In this document: one piece after another, positions 40,266 to 50,385 of the stretch | How the letters are laid out: each line of letters opens with the position of its first letter | How positions within the stretch are numbered: the stretch's first letter is position 1 | Assembly: GCA_036397255.1 (NCBI GenBank) | Contig: DASWJH010000053.1 | Location: 12,772-76,771 of the forward strand | Reading direction: 5' to 3' | DNA from: Nitrospiria bacterium | Lineage (GTDB): Bacteria > Nitrospirota > Nitrospiria > DASWJH01 | Length of the DNA stretch: 64,000 nt | Position numbers and translations under genes: made by a program | Notes under the pieces: generated by a model | Databases searched by the model: none | What the model was told of the DNA's origin: nothing | What the model saw: only the letters and a program-made list of their open reading frames with translations

Positions 40266-41061
40266 TTACCCTTCCCAAAAAGAATTTTGAGGGTTATCGG
40301 CATTAGCGGGTTTCCAATTGGATCCCTTTTTGCGAATGATCTTTGTCGGGCGTTCCTCGGATCCCAGATCGTTCCAAAAAACACCCGTAATTGGGAGGAC
40401 CGAAAGGCAAATGGAGGTTTGGCATGGAATCTCCTCCAGTAAACTTTTTGAAAAATCCACTGATTCTAAACCGCCATAAACTTCATGGATTACCTTTTTC
40501 CCTTTTATTGTTCCAATGGCCCATCGAATTTGAAGAAAAGCATTGAACAGATCCGGCTTAACAGAAGCTACCCCATTCAAAAAGGTACTGGTTTTAAAAA
40601 CCATAATAAATGTATTCCAAAATGCCCCCAATTTAATTAATCCCCGTGCCCTACTGACTCCCGGTTTTTCAATAAAACGCCAAACTTTTTTAATAGTGGG
40701 GGCATTTTTTGGGATTTCATCTTGGTTGGGCAATATATAACCAAACTCCGGTTCAGGTTTTGAAGGTAGGGATACTAAAAGGATCCATTGAAAAGGGTTT
40801 TGTTCAACTTTTTTGCCAGCCGACTTTATGTGATTCATGAAGACCTCTTCCCCTAAAATGTAATGGTCTGTCGGAAAAATGACTACCGTGGCTTCAGGGT
40901 AGGACCCATGGAGGAAAATCAGAGGAAGAAATATTCCAGGCCCGGTTCCTTTATTTTCCGGTTGGGCTATAATGGTATCCTTAATCCGCTGTGAAAGTTG
41001 GTCCCTCACCTCCGGCGAGCACGATTCCGCGATAAGGAAGCGTTTTAGAGTCTCGATTCAT
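40266..41061 (-). pseudogene. Disrupted mannose-1-phosphate guanylyltransferase-like nucleotidyltransferase (ManC/GMPP family) with an N-terminal frameshift or deletion
   Basis: An ATG at 41061 encodes MNRDSKTLPYRGIVLAGGEG, the start of the GXGXR NTP-binding motif. It then runs into a stop. The long ORF, in a different frame, begins at ...RFLIAESCSPEV and continues IIAQPENKGTGPGI...VVIFPTDHYI. About 45 residues, including TRLWPLS, are missing between the two segments. Confidence 0.55.
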
Positions 41062-41355
41062 AGTTTCTTCCGGTAAAATAAAAGAATTTGAGTTGCTGAT
41101 TTAATAAAAAGGATAGTCTAAAGGTATCGAGTTTAAATTAAATAAAAATTAAAAAGTTATTAAAAAATTTTAAGGGTTTTGGTTGAGAAAACAGGTATTT
41201 TCAGTTAAAAAAATACGTTTTTTAAAAATGTTTTTTTGGAAAAAATAAGAAAATTTTAATTTGGGTTTAACCTTTTCCTTAAATCACCTATTTATGATAG
41301 AAGGAATAACAAGCCAATCGTGGTTTGTTGTTGGGTGAGGAGGAGGTGAGCATTC

Positions 41356-41448
41356 TTGAAGACCGACAACATTAAGAAACCCGGGACCGTAAAATCCGGG
41401 CAAACTCAAAAACCAGGTAAACCTCAACCAGGAAACTTTCCTAAATAA
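41356..41448 (+). CDS. Candidate small ORF encoding a 30-aa K/P/G-rich peptide (MKTDNIKKPGTVKSGQTQKPGKPQPGNFPK)
   Basis: TTG start lies 7 nt after a GGAGGAGGTG RBS. A strong stem-loop terminator follows at 41495..41540. The ORF sits in an otherwise AT-rich ~600 bp intergenic region. Confidence 0.3.
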   Translation: MKTDNIKKPGTVKSGQTQKPGKPQPGNFPK

Positions 41449-41494
41449 GAACCCTTTATTTTTTGGGTAGAGAACGTTTGAGGACCTTAATGTA

Positions 41495-41540
41495 ACCCAA
41501 CCGCCATTCCAGAAAATATCGAGGATGGCGGTTGGGTTTT
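41495..41540 (+). terminator. Rho-independent terminator-like hairpin (13-bp stem acccaaccgccat / atggcggttgggt, 17-nt loop, then TTTT)
   Basis: Perfect 13-bp inverted repeat read directly from the sequence, followed by a T-run. Confidence 0.5.
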
Positions 41541-41625
41541 CCAGCCCCGATACCGAAATAATTAAAAACGTTTAATCTTCCTTTAATACCTTTTTTAATT
41601 GGGTTACTTATATTTGGAGTAAGAA

Positions 41626-41934
41626 GTGAAAAAGGGAAGAGACATGGGATGGAAAAAAATAAGTAATCTCCTCGCCTGTTTGGGTCTTATAATTTTTTTC
41701 CTGGTTTGCGGAAATTCTATGTCTGAGGATGAAATGGTTATCCGTGAGCTTCGGCTTTCCAAGGGGGAAATTGCAGCTTTGACCGAAGAGCTTGACCAGG
41801 TCAAAAAGGAAAAAAATAGTCTTACCCTTCAGGTCAAGCAACTTAAAGAACAGGTGGTTGAACTCCAAAAGAGCCAAAACCCCCTAACCGGTCAACCCAA
41901 CTCTGGAAAAACCATTAAAAAGTATGGTTCTTAA
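41626..41934 (+). CDS. Small secreted or lipoprotein-like coiled-coil protein
   Basis: 102 aa. N-terminal signal with a possible lipobox (LLAC/LVCG). Heptad-like EELDQVKKEKNSLTLQVKQLKEQVVELQK. Confidence 0.5.
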   Translation: MKKGRDMGWKKISNLLACLGLIIFFLVCGNSMSEDEMVIRELRLSKGEIAALTEELDQVKKEKNSLTLQVKQLKEQVVELQKSQNPLTGQPNSGKTIKKYGS

Positions 41935-42053
41935 CCATTAAATTTACCCTTTCTGGAATCGAACTGAAATGATGGCAAATAAGGGGAAACAAGGAAAAGA
42001 TCGGGGTTTTTAAGGGGGTTAACTTCTCCGAGAGGGGCAGGAGAGGGAAGAGG

Positions 42054-42677
42054 CTAGCCTGAACCCGAAAGCTGCTTAATCCACATTTCAATCCCTTTTA
42101 ATATCATCTCAATGGCAAAAGAACCAATAAAAAGGGCGGTTGCTCGTCCGGCGATAATGGTATAGCGCTCGACCCATTTTTCATTTCGTTCCCGGACCAA
42201 ATCATGGAGCCATTTAAATAAGAGGATGGCCCCAACGGAAACGACCATTGCAAGGCATATGGAGAGTGCGGCCATTGGAAAATCAAGTCGTGTCCCTGCT
42301 AAAACACTGGCACTAATGGTCCCTGGGCCAACCATAAAAGGCATTGCAATGGCAGCCGATACATTTTCCGAATTGGGTTGGAGGGGTTCAATGGGGCTGC
42401 CCATGGAAAGAAGAAGACGGGTTCCGACAATTAAAAATGTGATGCCGCCAAAGATCAAAAAGGATAAGAACCGTATCTGAAAAACATCTGTAAAAATTTT
42501 GTCCCCAGCAAATGCGAATATTAAAAATATAATTAAACTAATGATTCCGGCCCGAATGAGTTGGCGGGAAAATAACCGAAATCCTAAAGCCTTCACCAAA
42601 TCAATCAGGTAGATGGATAAAATAAACGGATTGAGGAGAACAAAAATAAGGAGAAAAGATTTGGTAAAGGAATCCAT
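42054..42677 (-). CDS. MarC-family (UPF0056) integral membrane protein
   Basis: 207 aa with six TM segments. MarC-like GPGTISASVLAG and NPFILSIYLI motifs. Confidence 0.7.
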   Translation of the reverse strand: MDSFTKSFLLIFVLLNPFILSIYLIDLVKALGFRLFSRQLIRAGIISLIIFLIFAFAGDKIFTDVFQIRFLSFLIFGGITFLIVGTRLLLSMGSPIEPLQPNSENVSAAIAMPFMVGPGTISASVLAGTRLDFPMAALSICLAMVVSVGAILLFKWLHDLVRERNEKWVERYTIIAGRATALFIGSFAIEMILKGIEMWIKQLSGSG

Positions 42678-43111
42678 GTGAAAAATTTTTTCCTCGCTGG
42701 GGTTTCAGAGAGAAATCTAATGGTAAGACCAATTCTTCTTTGATTCAGGGAAATAACAGGCTGAAGCTTTAAAATACTGTAGAAATCATTTTTTTTGTGA
42801 GGATGATTAGGTATTTCAAGGAAAGCCTATCACGAAGGGATAGAGAGGGAGGGAGGGTTCAGTCTACATCGGTCAAAAAACTTTTAGGAAACCGCCAAGA
42901 AATTAAAGGGCTATTTGGAATTTCTGCCATTGCTAATTAATAAAGCCTTTTTTTTGACCAGCCATCTTTTGATGATTTTTGGTTTTTCAGTCTGGGGAGA
43001 GAGATCTTTTATTTCGCAGCCTGAATTTTTTAAAAATATTTTTTTTGGTTTTAGCACCCTTTTGACTATTCATCAACTGCGATTCCTCATTTCTAAATCC
43101 CATGGTTCAGT

Positions 43112-43411
43112 TTACATATCCTCATCCGTTTCCTCTAATTCTTCTTCGTCGGGGCTGATCACATCGATTGAAACGGCATGTTCACCCTCCACTTCCATAT
43201 CGACCGAGGCGCCCTCCTTTAATTTTCCATTTACTTTTGTTTGGTTATCGTAATGAACTCGAATCATATCTCCGATTTCAAAGTCTTCAACTGTAACGAA
43301 TTCTTTTTCAAGTTTGACCACGGTTCCACTGACAAGCTCTCCCGCAAAACCGCTCGCTCCGAACCCGAGCCCTAAGGCCACAACCAAAGGGATTATCCAG
43401 TTCTTATTCAT
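43112..43411 (-). CDS. Small secreted acidic protein of unknown function
   Basis: 99 aa. Signal peptide (MNKNWIIPLVVALGLGFGASGFA), a beta-rich segment and an acidic tail (EEELEETDEDM). Directly downstream of the histidine kinase/response regulator pair. Confidence 0.5.
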   Translation of the reverse strand: MNKNWIIPLVVALGLGFGASGFAGELVSGTVVKLEKEFVTVEDFEIGDMIRVHYDNQTKVNGKLKEGASVDMEVEGEHAVSIDVISPDEEELEETDEDM

Positions 43412-43642
43412 GAAAAATCCTCCTTTCTCAGTGAGAGAATTTTAAAAGAATATCCAAGAATAATTAAATATCCATTAAAGATTTATTAAAAAATTTTAAC
43501 CAAGGGTCTGTTGGCAAAGACCCCAATTTTCCCCATGGATGGGGTTTGAAATGAAATCCCATGGAAATAAAAAAAAGCTGACTTTTTTTTCTCCTAAAAG
43601 ATTGGGGTTTATTTCAAATACCGGGGGAAGCAAGGTTCCGGT

Positions 43643-45055
43643 TTAAGATTCGGAGAAAGGGGGTTTTGGAAAAGCGAGAATAAAACGACTCCCTTTTCCA
43701 GAGGTGCTTTCAACCATAATGACAGCCCTGTGGGCTTCCACAATCCATTTGCATATACATAGGCCTAGACCGCTACCCTGGCCCGAATGGGATTTGTCCA
43801 CCTTGTAAAACCGATTAAAAATATGGGGAATATCTTTTTCAGGAATTCCACAGCCGGTATCCTCAATCAAAATTCTAATGGTTTCTTTCTCTTTATGTAA
43901 GGATAGACTGATTTCTCCCCCGGAAGGAGTCGCATTGATGGCATTTTGGATTAAATTCATCAGGACTTCCCGTAAAAGCAGCTCATCCCCATGGCCGGGG
44001 ACAGAGCCCTCAGATTTGAAATGTAACGTTAGATTTTTTTCTTCGGCAGGCCTTTGGAACTGGTGATAAACCCTCTCTACCAATGGATGGAAGTCAACAG
44101 GGCCACCTTCCAAAGCAATTTCACCCCGATCTGCTTTGGAGAGGAAAAGAAGTTTTCCCACAATTTTTTCCATTCGTAGGGTTTCCTCTAAATTACTTTG
44201 GAGGATTTTTTGATAATCATCTGCGGATCTGGCCCGCCGGAGGCTGAGTTCAATTTCACCCCTCAGGATAGTTAGGGGGATTCGAAGTTCGTGGGATACA
44301 TTCTCACTAAATTCTTGAATTTGCTGAAAAGAGGTTTCCAACCGCTGGATCATTTGGTTAAATGCCTCCGCCAGGTCCTTCACTTCTTTTCCAGTTCCAG
44401 AAATTTGAATCCGTTGGTTTCGATTGCCTGAGCTAATTTGATGTGCGGTTTTAATCACCAGGTCTACCGGTTTCAGTGCTTTTTTGGTTAATAACCACAC
44501 CCCCCCTCCCAACAGTAAGGTGGCTAAAGGAATAAAAATGAGGTTTAGAAGGAAAAAGTTTTCCAGTGCCCGGTCAATATCTTCCATGGAACTGCCCAAT
44601 AGAATAAAATAGGCTACCCGGTCCTCTTCAAAAACTGGTTTTAATAAAGCTCTGAGGGCACTCCGGTTGCCTCGATAGGATAGGCTAGATAGAAGGGTTT
44701 CTCCAAGTTGGGCTTTTCTCCAGCTTTTTGGAGAAATCGGAAGTAAACCCCCTTCAGCAATGGTTGAAGAGAAAATAATGTGTTGTTTGGTGTCGTAAAC
44801 CTCGATGATGATCCCCTTTAATTCAATTTCAGGATGATTGGAGATCATCTTTACCACTGTCTTTTGAATCCCCTTTTCGGTGGGAACTCCCCGGGGGAGG
44901 GAGGCGTCAAGAATGCCTGCGGTAATTTTCAGAGAATAATCTTTCTGGTCCGCTAGTAATTCTTTTTGCCCTGCATAACGAACGGTTGCCAGAAGGACCA
45001 GAATAATTGCAACGAGCAGACTCAGCCAAATTGCCAGTTTGGCCCGAATGGTCAT
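43643..45055 (-). CDS. Sensor histidine kinase (periplasmic sensor, HAMP, HisKA, HATPase_c)
   Basis: H-box SHELRIPLT and the N, G1 and G2 boxes (NLIQNAI, EDTGCGIP, GSGLGL). Two TM segments. 470 aa. Confidence 0.85.
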   Translation of the reverse strand: MTIRAKLAIWLSLLVAIILVLLATVRYAGQKELLADQKDYSLKITAGILDASLPRGVPTEKGIQKTVVKMISNHPEIELKGIIIEVYDTKQHIIFSSTIAEGGLLPISPKSWRKAQLGETLLSSLSYRGNRSALRALLKPVFEEDRVAYFILLGSSMEDIDRALENFFLLNLIFIPLATLLLGGGVWLLTKKALKPVDLVIKTAHQISSGNRNQRIQISGTGKEVKDLAEAFNQMIQRLETSFQQIQEFSENVSHELRIPLTILRGEIELSLRRARSADDYQKILQSNLEETLRMEKIVGKLLFLSKADRGEIALEGGPVDFHPLVERVYHQFQRPAEEKNLTLHFKSEGSVPGHGDELLLREVLMNLIQNAINATPSGGEISLSLHKEKETIRILIEDTGCGIPEKDIPHIFNRFYKVDKSHSGQGSGLGLCICKWIVEAHRAVIMVESTSGKGSRFILAFPKPPFSES

Positions 45056-45059
45056 GGGG

Positions 45060-45728
45060 CTATTCCTTTATTGTATAGCCTACCCCCCGAATGGTTTTGA
45101 TCAGAGGATGGGCTTCCCCTTTATCGATTTTTCCCCGGAGATAGGCCACATAGACATCAATGACATTGGTTCCCGTGTCAAAATCAATATTCCACACATG
45201 TTCCACTATCATGCTCCGTGTCAGTACCCTTCCTGGGTTTCGGATCAAATATTCCATTAAGGCATATTCTTTGTTGGTTAAATCGATTTTTCGGCTTCCC
45301 CGAAATACCTCCCGAGTGGTAGGGTCCACTTTAAGGTCGGCCACTTGGAGCAGGGGCCCATGCCCCGGTTTCGCCCGCCTTAGCAAAACCCGAACCCTGG
45401 CCAAAAACTCTTCAATGGAAAAAGGTTTAGTCAGGTAGTCATCTCCTCCCGAATCCAAGGTGGCCACTTTATCCGGAACGGCATCCTTGGCGGTTAAAAC
45501 CAGAATGGGAGTGGTATTTCCTTTTCTTCGGAGTTCCTTTAGGATCGTGACCCCTAATTTTTTCGGAAGCATCAAGTCCAAAACAATCAGGTCATAGTCA
45601 TAGGCTTCTGCCATGTCCTGACCTTCCTCTCCATCCAAGGCATTGTCTACGGCGTACCGTTCCTCTTCAAGGGCCTGGCGGATAAAATTCCCAACTTTTT
45701 TTTCATCTTCAATGACTAAAATACGCAT
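45060..45728 (-). CDS. OmpR-family response regulator
   Basis: Receiver domain (ILVIEDE...DLIVLDLMLP) plus a winged-helix trans_reg_C domain (LTNKEYALMEYL...GVGYTI). 222 aa. Confidence 0.85.
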   Translation of the reverse strand: MRILVIEDEKKVGNFIRQALEEERYAVDNALDGEEGQDMAEAYDYDLIVLDLMLPKKLGVTILKELRRKGNTTPILVLTAKDAVPDKVATLDSGGDDYLTKPFSIEEFLARVRVLLRRAKPGHGPLLQVADLKVDPTTREVFRGSRKIDLTNKEYALMEYLIRNPGRVLTRSMIVEHVWNIDFDTGTNVIDVYVAYLRGKIDKGEAHPLIKTIRGVGYTIKE

Positions 45729-45985
45729 TAAAACCCTTTGAGAATTTTTGAGAAGAATAACGGTGAAATCCCTTTTTGCATTGAGGATTGATGGTATCTT
45801 TCCCCCGGTTAGAAGTCAACCGATCGGTTTTATTCCCTTTTTAGGGGTTTTTCTCTTTCAATTCTTCGAAAAAGTGGCCACTGATTTGTATTGTGGCGAC
45901 ACTGGGTAAGAAGAGGGTACTATTTATTAGGAAAAATTTTCAGTATTCATTTCTTTCTTTTTCGGTTACCTACGATGAAACCCGT

Positions 45986-46014
45986 TTGACTTGCTTTTTC
46001 GGAATGTTTAAAAT
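45986..46014 (+). promoter_or_regulatory. Near-consensus sigma70 promoter (TTGACT-17-TAAAAT), about 270 nt upstream of ackA
   Basis: ttgact at 45986-91, a 17-nt spacer and taaaat at 46009-14, read directly from the sequence. Confidence 0.4.
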
Positions 46015-46285
46015 ATCAGGAATTGCTTGTTTCCCCCCTTAAATCTTTTTAGGTTTTCCTCGGATAGGATTTTCTTTTCTCAGGCCCTTAAGGGGGCCAA
46101 GAAAAATTTAAAAAAGTAAAAAAATAAAACCAGAGGGATTTTCTGTAAAAAAACCGGGTGGAATATGTTTTACGGAAATTTTCCTATGGTTGGTTTAAAG
46201 AGGTTCCCCAATAAAAAAGAAGAATAATGTTCCGGGAGAGGAAGGATCCCACCCCGGTTTCAATCGAATTGAAAGGTAAAGGTTA

Positions 46286-47479
46286 TTGAGAATCCTCACA
46301 ATCAATACTGGAAGTTCTTCTCTTAAATTTCGTGTTTCCGATGTCAATTCCGACAGCAATGAAATACCAAACCTTCGTCACTTGACGGATGGACAGATCC
46401 GCTCCATTGGAAACCGATCACAATGTCATTTGGTGATCAATGGAAAAACAACGGTGAATGAAACCCGCCCTATAGGGAATCATTCCGAGGCTGTTCGTAA
46501 CGTTTTGTCTTGGTTGAAAGAAGGGAAGTGTGGTTTTGAAGCGGTCGGTCACCGAATTGTTCATGGGGGAGAACGATACACTCAAGCGACTTTTTTGAAT
46601 TTGGAAGTGATTCAAAACATCAAGGCTTTAGAAGGGCTGGCTCCTCTTCACAATCCCATTGGGCTGGAGGCCATTCAGGTTTGCCGTGATTGGGTCAAAC
46701 CGGAAGTTCCTATGGTGGCAGTTTTTGATACGGCTTTTCATCATACCCTCCCCCCTCGGGCCTTCACCTATGCCATACCCTATGATCTGGCACAACTGTA
46801 TAAAATCCGTCGCTACGGTTTTCACGGAATCGCCCACCGCTATTTAGCAAGGCGGTATATGGAGATTACCGGGAAACCTGTACCGGGAACCCGATTGATT
46901 ACATTACAGCTTGGGCATGGATGTTCAGCCGCTGCCATTCGTGATGGGATATCCATCGATACCACCATGGGTTTTACGCCCCTGGAGGGACTGGTCATGG
47001 CGACCCGATCGGGGGATGTGGACCCCGCCGTTGTAGCTTTTTTGGCTGAAAAACAGAGGAAACCTGTTTCACAGGTTATTCAAAGCCTCAATGATCAATC
47101 GGGGGTGCTCGGTATTTCTGGAAAAACCGCAGATATGAAGGAGCTTTTGGTTTTGGAAGGGAAAGATGAACGGGCAAAATTAGCCCTGGATGTTTATTGC
47201 TATCGACTCCTTAAATGCATCGGGGCTTATCTAACGGTCCTCTCAGGGGCTGATGGCATTATCTTTAGCGGGGGGGTGGGGGAGCATGCTTCAAGCCTCC
47301 GGGAGCGTATTTGTAATGGGTTAGCCTGGTGTGGGATTCAGATCGACCCAGAGCGAAACCGGCTGGCCATTGGGAAAGAGGCCTGTATTAGTAAGGATTC
47401 CTCGTCCAGTAAGGTCTACGTGATTCCCGTGGATGAGGAATCCATCATCGCTCAAGAAACGTTTCGATGTTTGATTTAG
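46286..47479 (+). CDS. ackA: Acetate kinase
   Basis: ILTINTGSSSLKF N-terminus, and the HGGE and GFHG regions of the ASKHA fold. 397 aa. Confidence 0.85.
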   Translation: MRILTINTGSSSLKFRVSDVNSDSNEIPNLRHLTDGQIRSIGNRSQCHLVINGKTTVNETRPIGNHSEAVRNVLSWLKEGKCGFEAVGHRIVHGGERYTQATFLNLEVIQNIKALEGLAPLHNPIGLEAIQVCRDWVKPEVPMVAVFDTAFHHTLPPRAFTYAIPYDLAQLYKIRRYGFHGIAHRYLARRYMEITGKPVPGTRLITLQLGHGCSAAAIRDGISIDTTMGFTPLEGLVMATRSGDVDPAVVAFLAEKQRKPVSQVIQSLNDQSGVLGISGKTADMKELLVLEGKDERAKLALDVYCYRLLKCIGAYLTVLSGADGIIFSGGVGEHASSLRERICNGLAWCGIQIDPERNRLAIGKEACISKDSSSSKVYVIPVDEESIIAQETFRCLI

Positions 47480-47494
47480 GACAGGAGGAAAGGT

Positions 47495-49870
47495 ATGAGT
47501 CAGACCCTATTGGATCAAGAATTAAAGAGCATTGATGGATACTGGAGGGCTGCAAACTATTTATCCGTAGGCCAAATCTATCTTCTGGATAACCCGTTAC
47601 TGAAACAACCCCTCAAATTGGAGCATATTAAACCTCGATTGTTGGGTCATTGGGGAACCACCCCAGGGTTAAATTTCATTTACGTTCATCTGAATCGGGT
47701 TATCAAAAAATATGATCTGGATATGATCTATATCTGTGGGCCTGGACATGGTGGTCCAGGAATGGTGGCCAATACCTACTTGGAAGGAACCTACAGTGAG
47801 GTCTATCCGAACATTTCTCAGGATACCGAAGGGATGAGGAAACTCTTTAAGCAGTTCTCTTTTCCGGGAGGTATTCCCAGCCACGTTGCACCCGAAACCC
47901 CGGGGTCCATTCATGAAGGCGGCGAACTCGGTTATGCGGTTTCTCATGCCTATGGGGCCGTTTTTGATAATCCTAATTTGATGGTTGCCTGTGTGGTGGG
48001 AGATGGGGAAGCGGAAACAGGTCCCCTGGCAGCGGCCTGGCATTCCAATAAGTTTCTCAACCCTATTTCCGATGGGGCTGTTCTACCCATTCTGCATCTA
48101 AACGGGTTTAAAATTGCCAACCCCACAATTTTGGCTCGAATCAGCACCCGGGAGTTGGAAAGCCTGTTCATCGGTTATGGCTACAAACCTTATTTTGTGG
48201 AGGGAGCCGATCCGGAGAAAATGCACCGTATGATGGCGGAAACACTTGAACAGGTGATTCAAGAGATCAAAATGATTCAAAAAGAAGCCCGTTCCAAAGG
48301 ATCCACTAAACGTCCCCTGTGGCCCATGATTGTAATGAGAACCCCGAAGGGTTGGACAGGACCCAAAGAAGTAGACGGAAAAAAGACAGAAGATTACTGG
48401 CGTTCCCACCAGGTGCCTCTGTCCGAATTGGCCCAGAAAAAAGACCACATCAAGTTGCTCGAGAAATGGATGAAGAGTTATAAGCCAGAAGAACTATTTA
48501 ATGAACATGGAACACTGATTCCTGAATTAACGGCCCTTGCCCCTCAAGGGACTCGGCGGATGGGAGCCAACCCCCATGCCAATGGAGGAGTACTTTTAAA
48601 AAATCTCAAATTACCTGATTTCCGTGAGTATGCAGTGGATGTCCCTAAACCCGGAACCGTCGTGACGGAGTCTACCCGGGTGATGGGGCAATACCTTCGG
48701 GATGTTATGAAGCTTAATCTGGAGGCAAAAAATTTTCGAGTATTTGGCCCCGACGAGACCGCTTCGAACAGGTTGGGAAGCCTGTTTGAGGTGACCAACC
48801 GGACGTGGATGGCTGATCTAACCTCCGATGATGATCATCTTTCCCCGGACGGGCGCGTTATGGAAATCCTGAGTGAGCATACCTGTCAGGGATGGTTAGA
48901 AGGGTATCTTTTAACGGGAAGACACGGTTTTTTTTCGACCTACGAGGCTTTTGTGCATGTGGTTGATTCCATGTTTAACCAGCATGCCAAATGGCTCAAG
49001 GTTACCCGGCAAGAGATTCCATGGCGGCGGCCCATCGCCTCGTTGAACTATTTGTTAACCTCCCATGTGTGGCGGCAAGACCATAACGGGTTTTCCCATC
49101 AAGATCCCGGTTTCATTGATCATGTGGTCAATAAAAAAGCCGAGGTGGTTAGGGTCTATCTTCCCCCAGATGCCAATACGCTCCTTTCGGTAACCAATCA
49201 TTGCCTTCGAAGCCGGAATTATGTCAATGTCATTGTGGCAGGGAAGCAACCGGCCCTTCAGTTTTTGAATATGGAGGCGGCGATAAAACACTGTGCGGCT
49301 GGAATCGGGATTTGGGAATGGGCCAGCACAGACCGGGGGTCCGAACCCGATGTGGTGATGGCCTGTTGCGGGGATATTCCTACCTTGGAGACACTTGCCG
49401 CTGTGAATTTGCTTCAACAGTATTTCCCAGATCTTAAAATTCGGGTGATCAACGTTGTTAATTTAATGAAACTGCAACCACAGAGTGAACACCCCCACGG
49501 CTTATCGGATAAAGAATTTGATACCCTCTTTACGGCGGATAAACCCATCATTTTTGCCTTCCATGGGTATCCGTGGTTGATTCACCGGTTAACCTATCGA
49601 AGAACAAACCACAAGAATCTTCATGTTCGGGGGTATAAAGAGGAGGGGACGACCAGTACACCATTCGATATGGTGGTCCGGAATGACCTAGACCGCTTTC
49701 ACCTGGTGGGGGATGTGATTGACCGGGTTACAAAGCTGGGATCCATGGCTGCCTATGCAAAACAGGAAATTCGCGACAAGCTTATCGATCACAAGGAATA
49801 TATTGCGAAACACGGAGATGATATGCCCGAAATTCGGGACTGGAAGTGGTCCCGGAGTTCGTCCAAATAA
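47495..49870 (+). CDS. xfp: Xylulose-5-phosphate/fructose-6-phosphate phosphoketolase
   Basis: 791 aa. The TPP-binding GHWGT...GPGHG and EGGELGY signature motifs are typical of Xfp. Confidence 0.85.
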   Translation: MSQTLLDQELKSIDGYWRAANYLSVGQIYLLDNPLLKQPLKLEHIKPRLLGHWGTTPGLNFIYVHLNRVIKKYDLDMIYICGPGHGGPGMVANTYLEGTYSEVYPNISQDTEGMRKLFKQFSFPGGIPSHVAPETPGSIHEGGELGYAVSHAYGAVFDNPNLMVACVVGDGEAETGPLAAAWHSNKFLNPISDGAVLPILHLNGFKIANPTILARISTRELESLFIGYGYKPYFVEGADPEKMHRMMAETLEQVIQEIKMIQKEARSKGSTKRPLWPMIVMRTPKGWTGPKEVDGKKTEDYWRSHQVPLSELAQKKDHIKLLEKWMKSYKPEELFNEHGTLIPELTALAPQGTRRMGANPHANGGVLLKNLKLPDFREYAVDVPKPGTVVTESTRVMGQYLRDVMKLNLEAKNFRVFGPDETASNRLGSLFEVTNRTWMADLTSDDDHLSPDGRVMEILSEHTCQGWLEGYLLTGRHGFFSTYEAFVHVVDSMFNQHAKWLKVTRQEIPWRRPIASLNYLLTSHVWRQDHNGFSHQDPGFIDHVVNKKAEVVRVYLPPDANTLLSVTNHCLRSRNYVNVIVAGKQPALQFLNMEAAIKHCAAGIGIWEWASTDRGSEPDVVMACCGDIPTLETLAAVNLLQQYFPDLKIRVINVVNLMKLQPQSEHPHGLSDKEFDTLFTADKPIIFAFHGYPWLIHRLTYRRTNHKNLHVRGYKEEGTTSTPFDMVVRNDLDRFHLVGDVIDRVTKLGSMAAYAKQEIRDKLIDHKEYIAKHGDDMPEIRDWKWSRSSSK

Positions 49871-50148
49871 GGAGAGGGAAATGAAATGATTTAAAACAAT
49901 CTTTTGTTTTTGATGAGAACATGGTTTGCCACGCTCCGTGTGGGCGGTCAAGAAAACCCAAAAAGGGAGATTTAAGCAAATATTAGCGGCCGCCGACACA
50001 GTTAATAGTGAAGACCCCGATGGCGCCATCCGAAATTAATTAAACTTGCTATTCTCCGTAGCTCGCTACGGGGTGACCGCTTAGGTTCCCCCTTTGGAAA
50101 AGGGGGATAAAGGGGGATTTGAGGATTTAGTTTTTCCACTGAATACCA

Positions 50149-50177
50149 CCCCGCAGTCTTGCTGCGGGGATTTTTAT
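50149..50177 (+). terminator. Rho-independent terminator (ccccgcag-tcttg-ctgcgggg followed by ATTTTTATT)
   Basis: 8-bp GC-rich perfect stem with a T-run, read directly from the sequence. Confidence 0.6.
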
Positions 50178-50385
50178 TAACAAAATAATGGATTTGGCTA
50201 CATCCCTGACCTTTCAAAAAAAAGTCAACTTTATGTTATGCATCTATGGTCCTTCGGTAAGATTCTTTAACCCGTTAATTGTTCGGTATGGGTGGGAAAG
50301 CGGGATCGGTTTATCTCTCCGTCCATACTGGAGGATGAGTCATTCGATAGGTTCTTCATAAAAATACCGATCGAAAATATTTAAA

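Noticed and set aside
39787-40278. 163-aa ORF treated as an independent gene
   Set aside because: Its C-terminal half only makes sense as the N-terminal part of the DUF2062 gene, whose body continues in another frame (39558..40013) after the G7 tract. Its N-terminal 60 aa (YYYINPKG...) look like read-through of intergenic DNA.
42915-43253. 112-aa ORF on the plus strand
   Set aside because: It is antisense to the secreted-protein gene 43112..43411 and has a low-complexity S-rich tail, so it is likely spurious.
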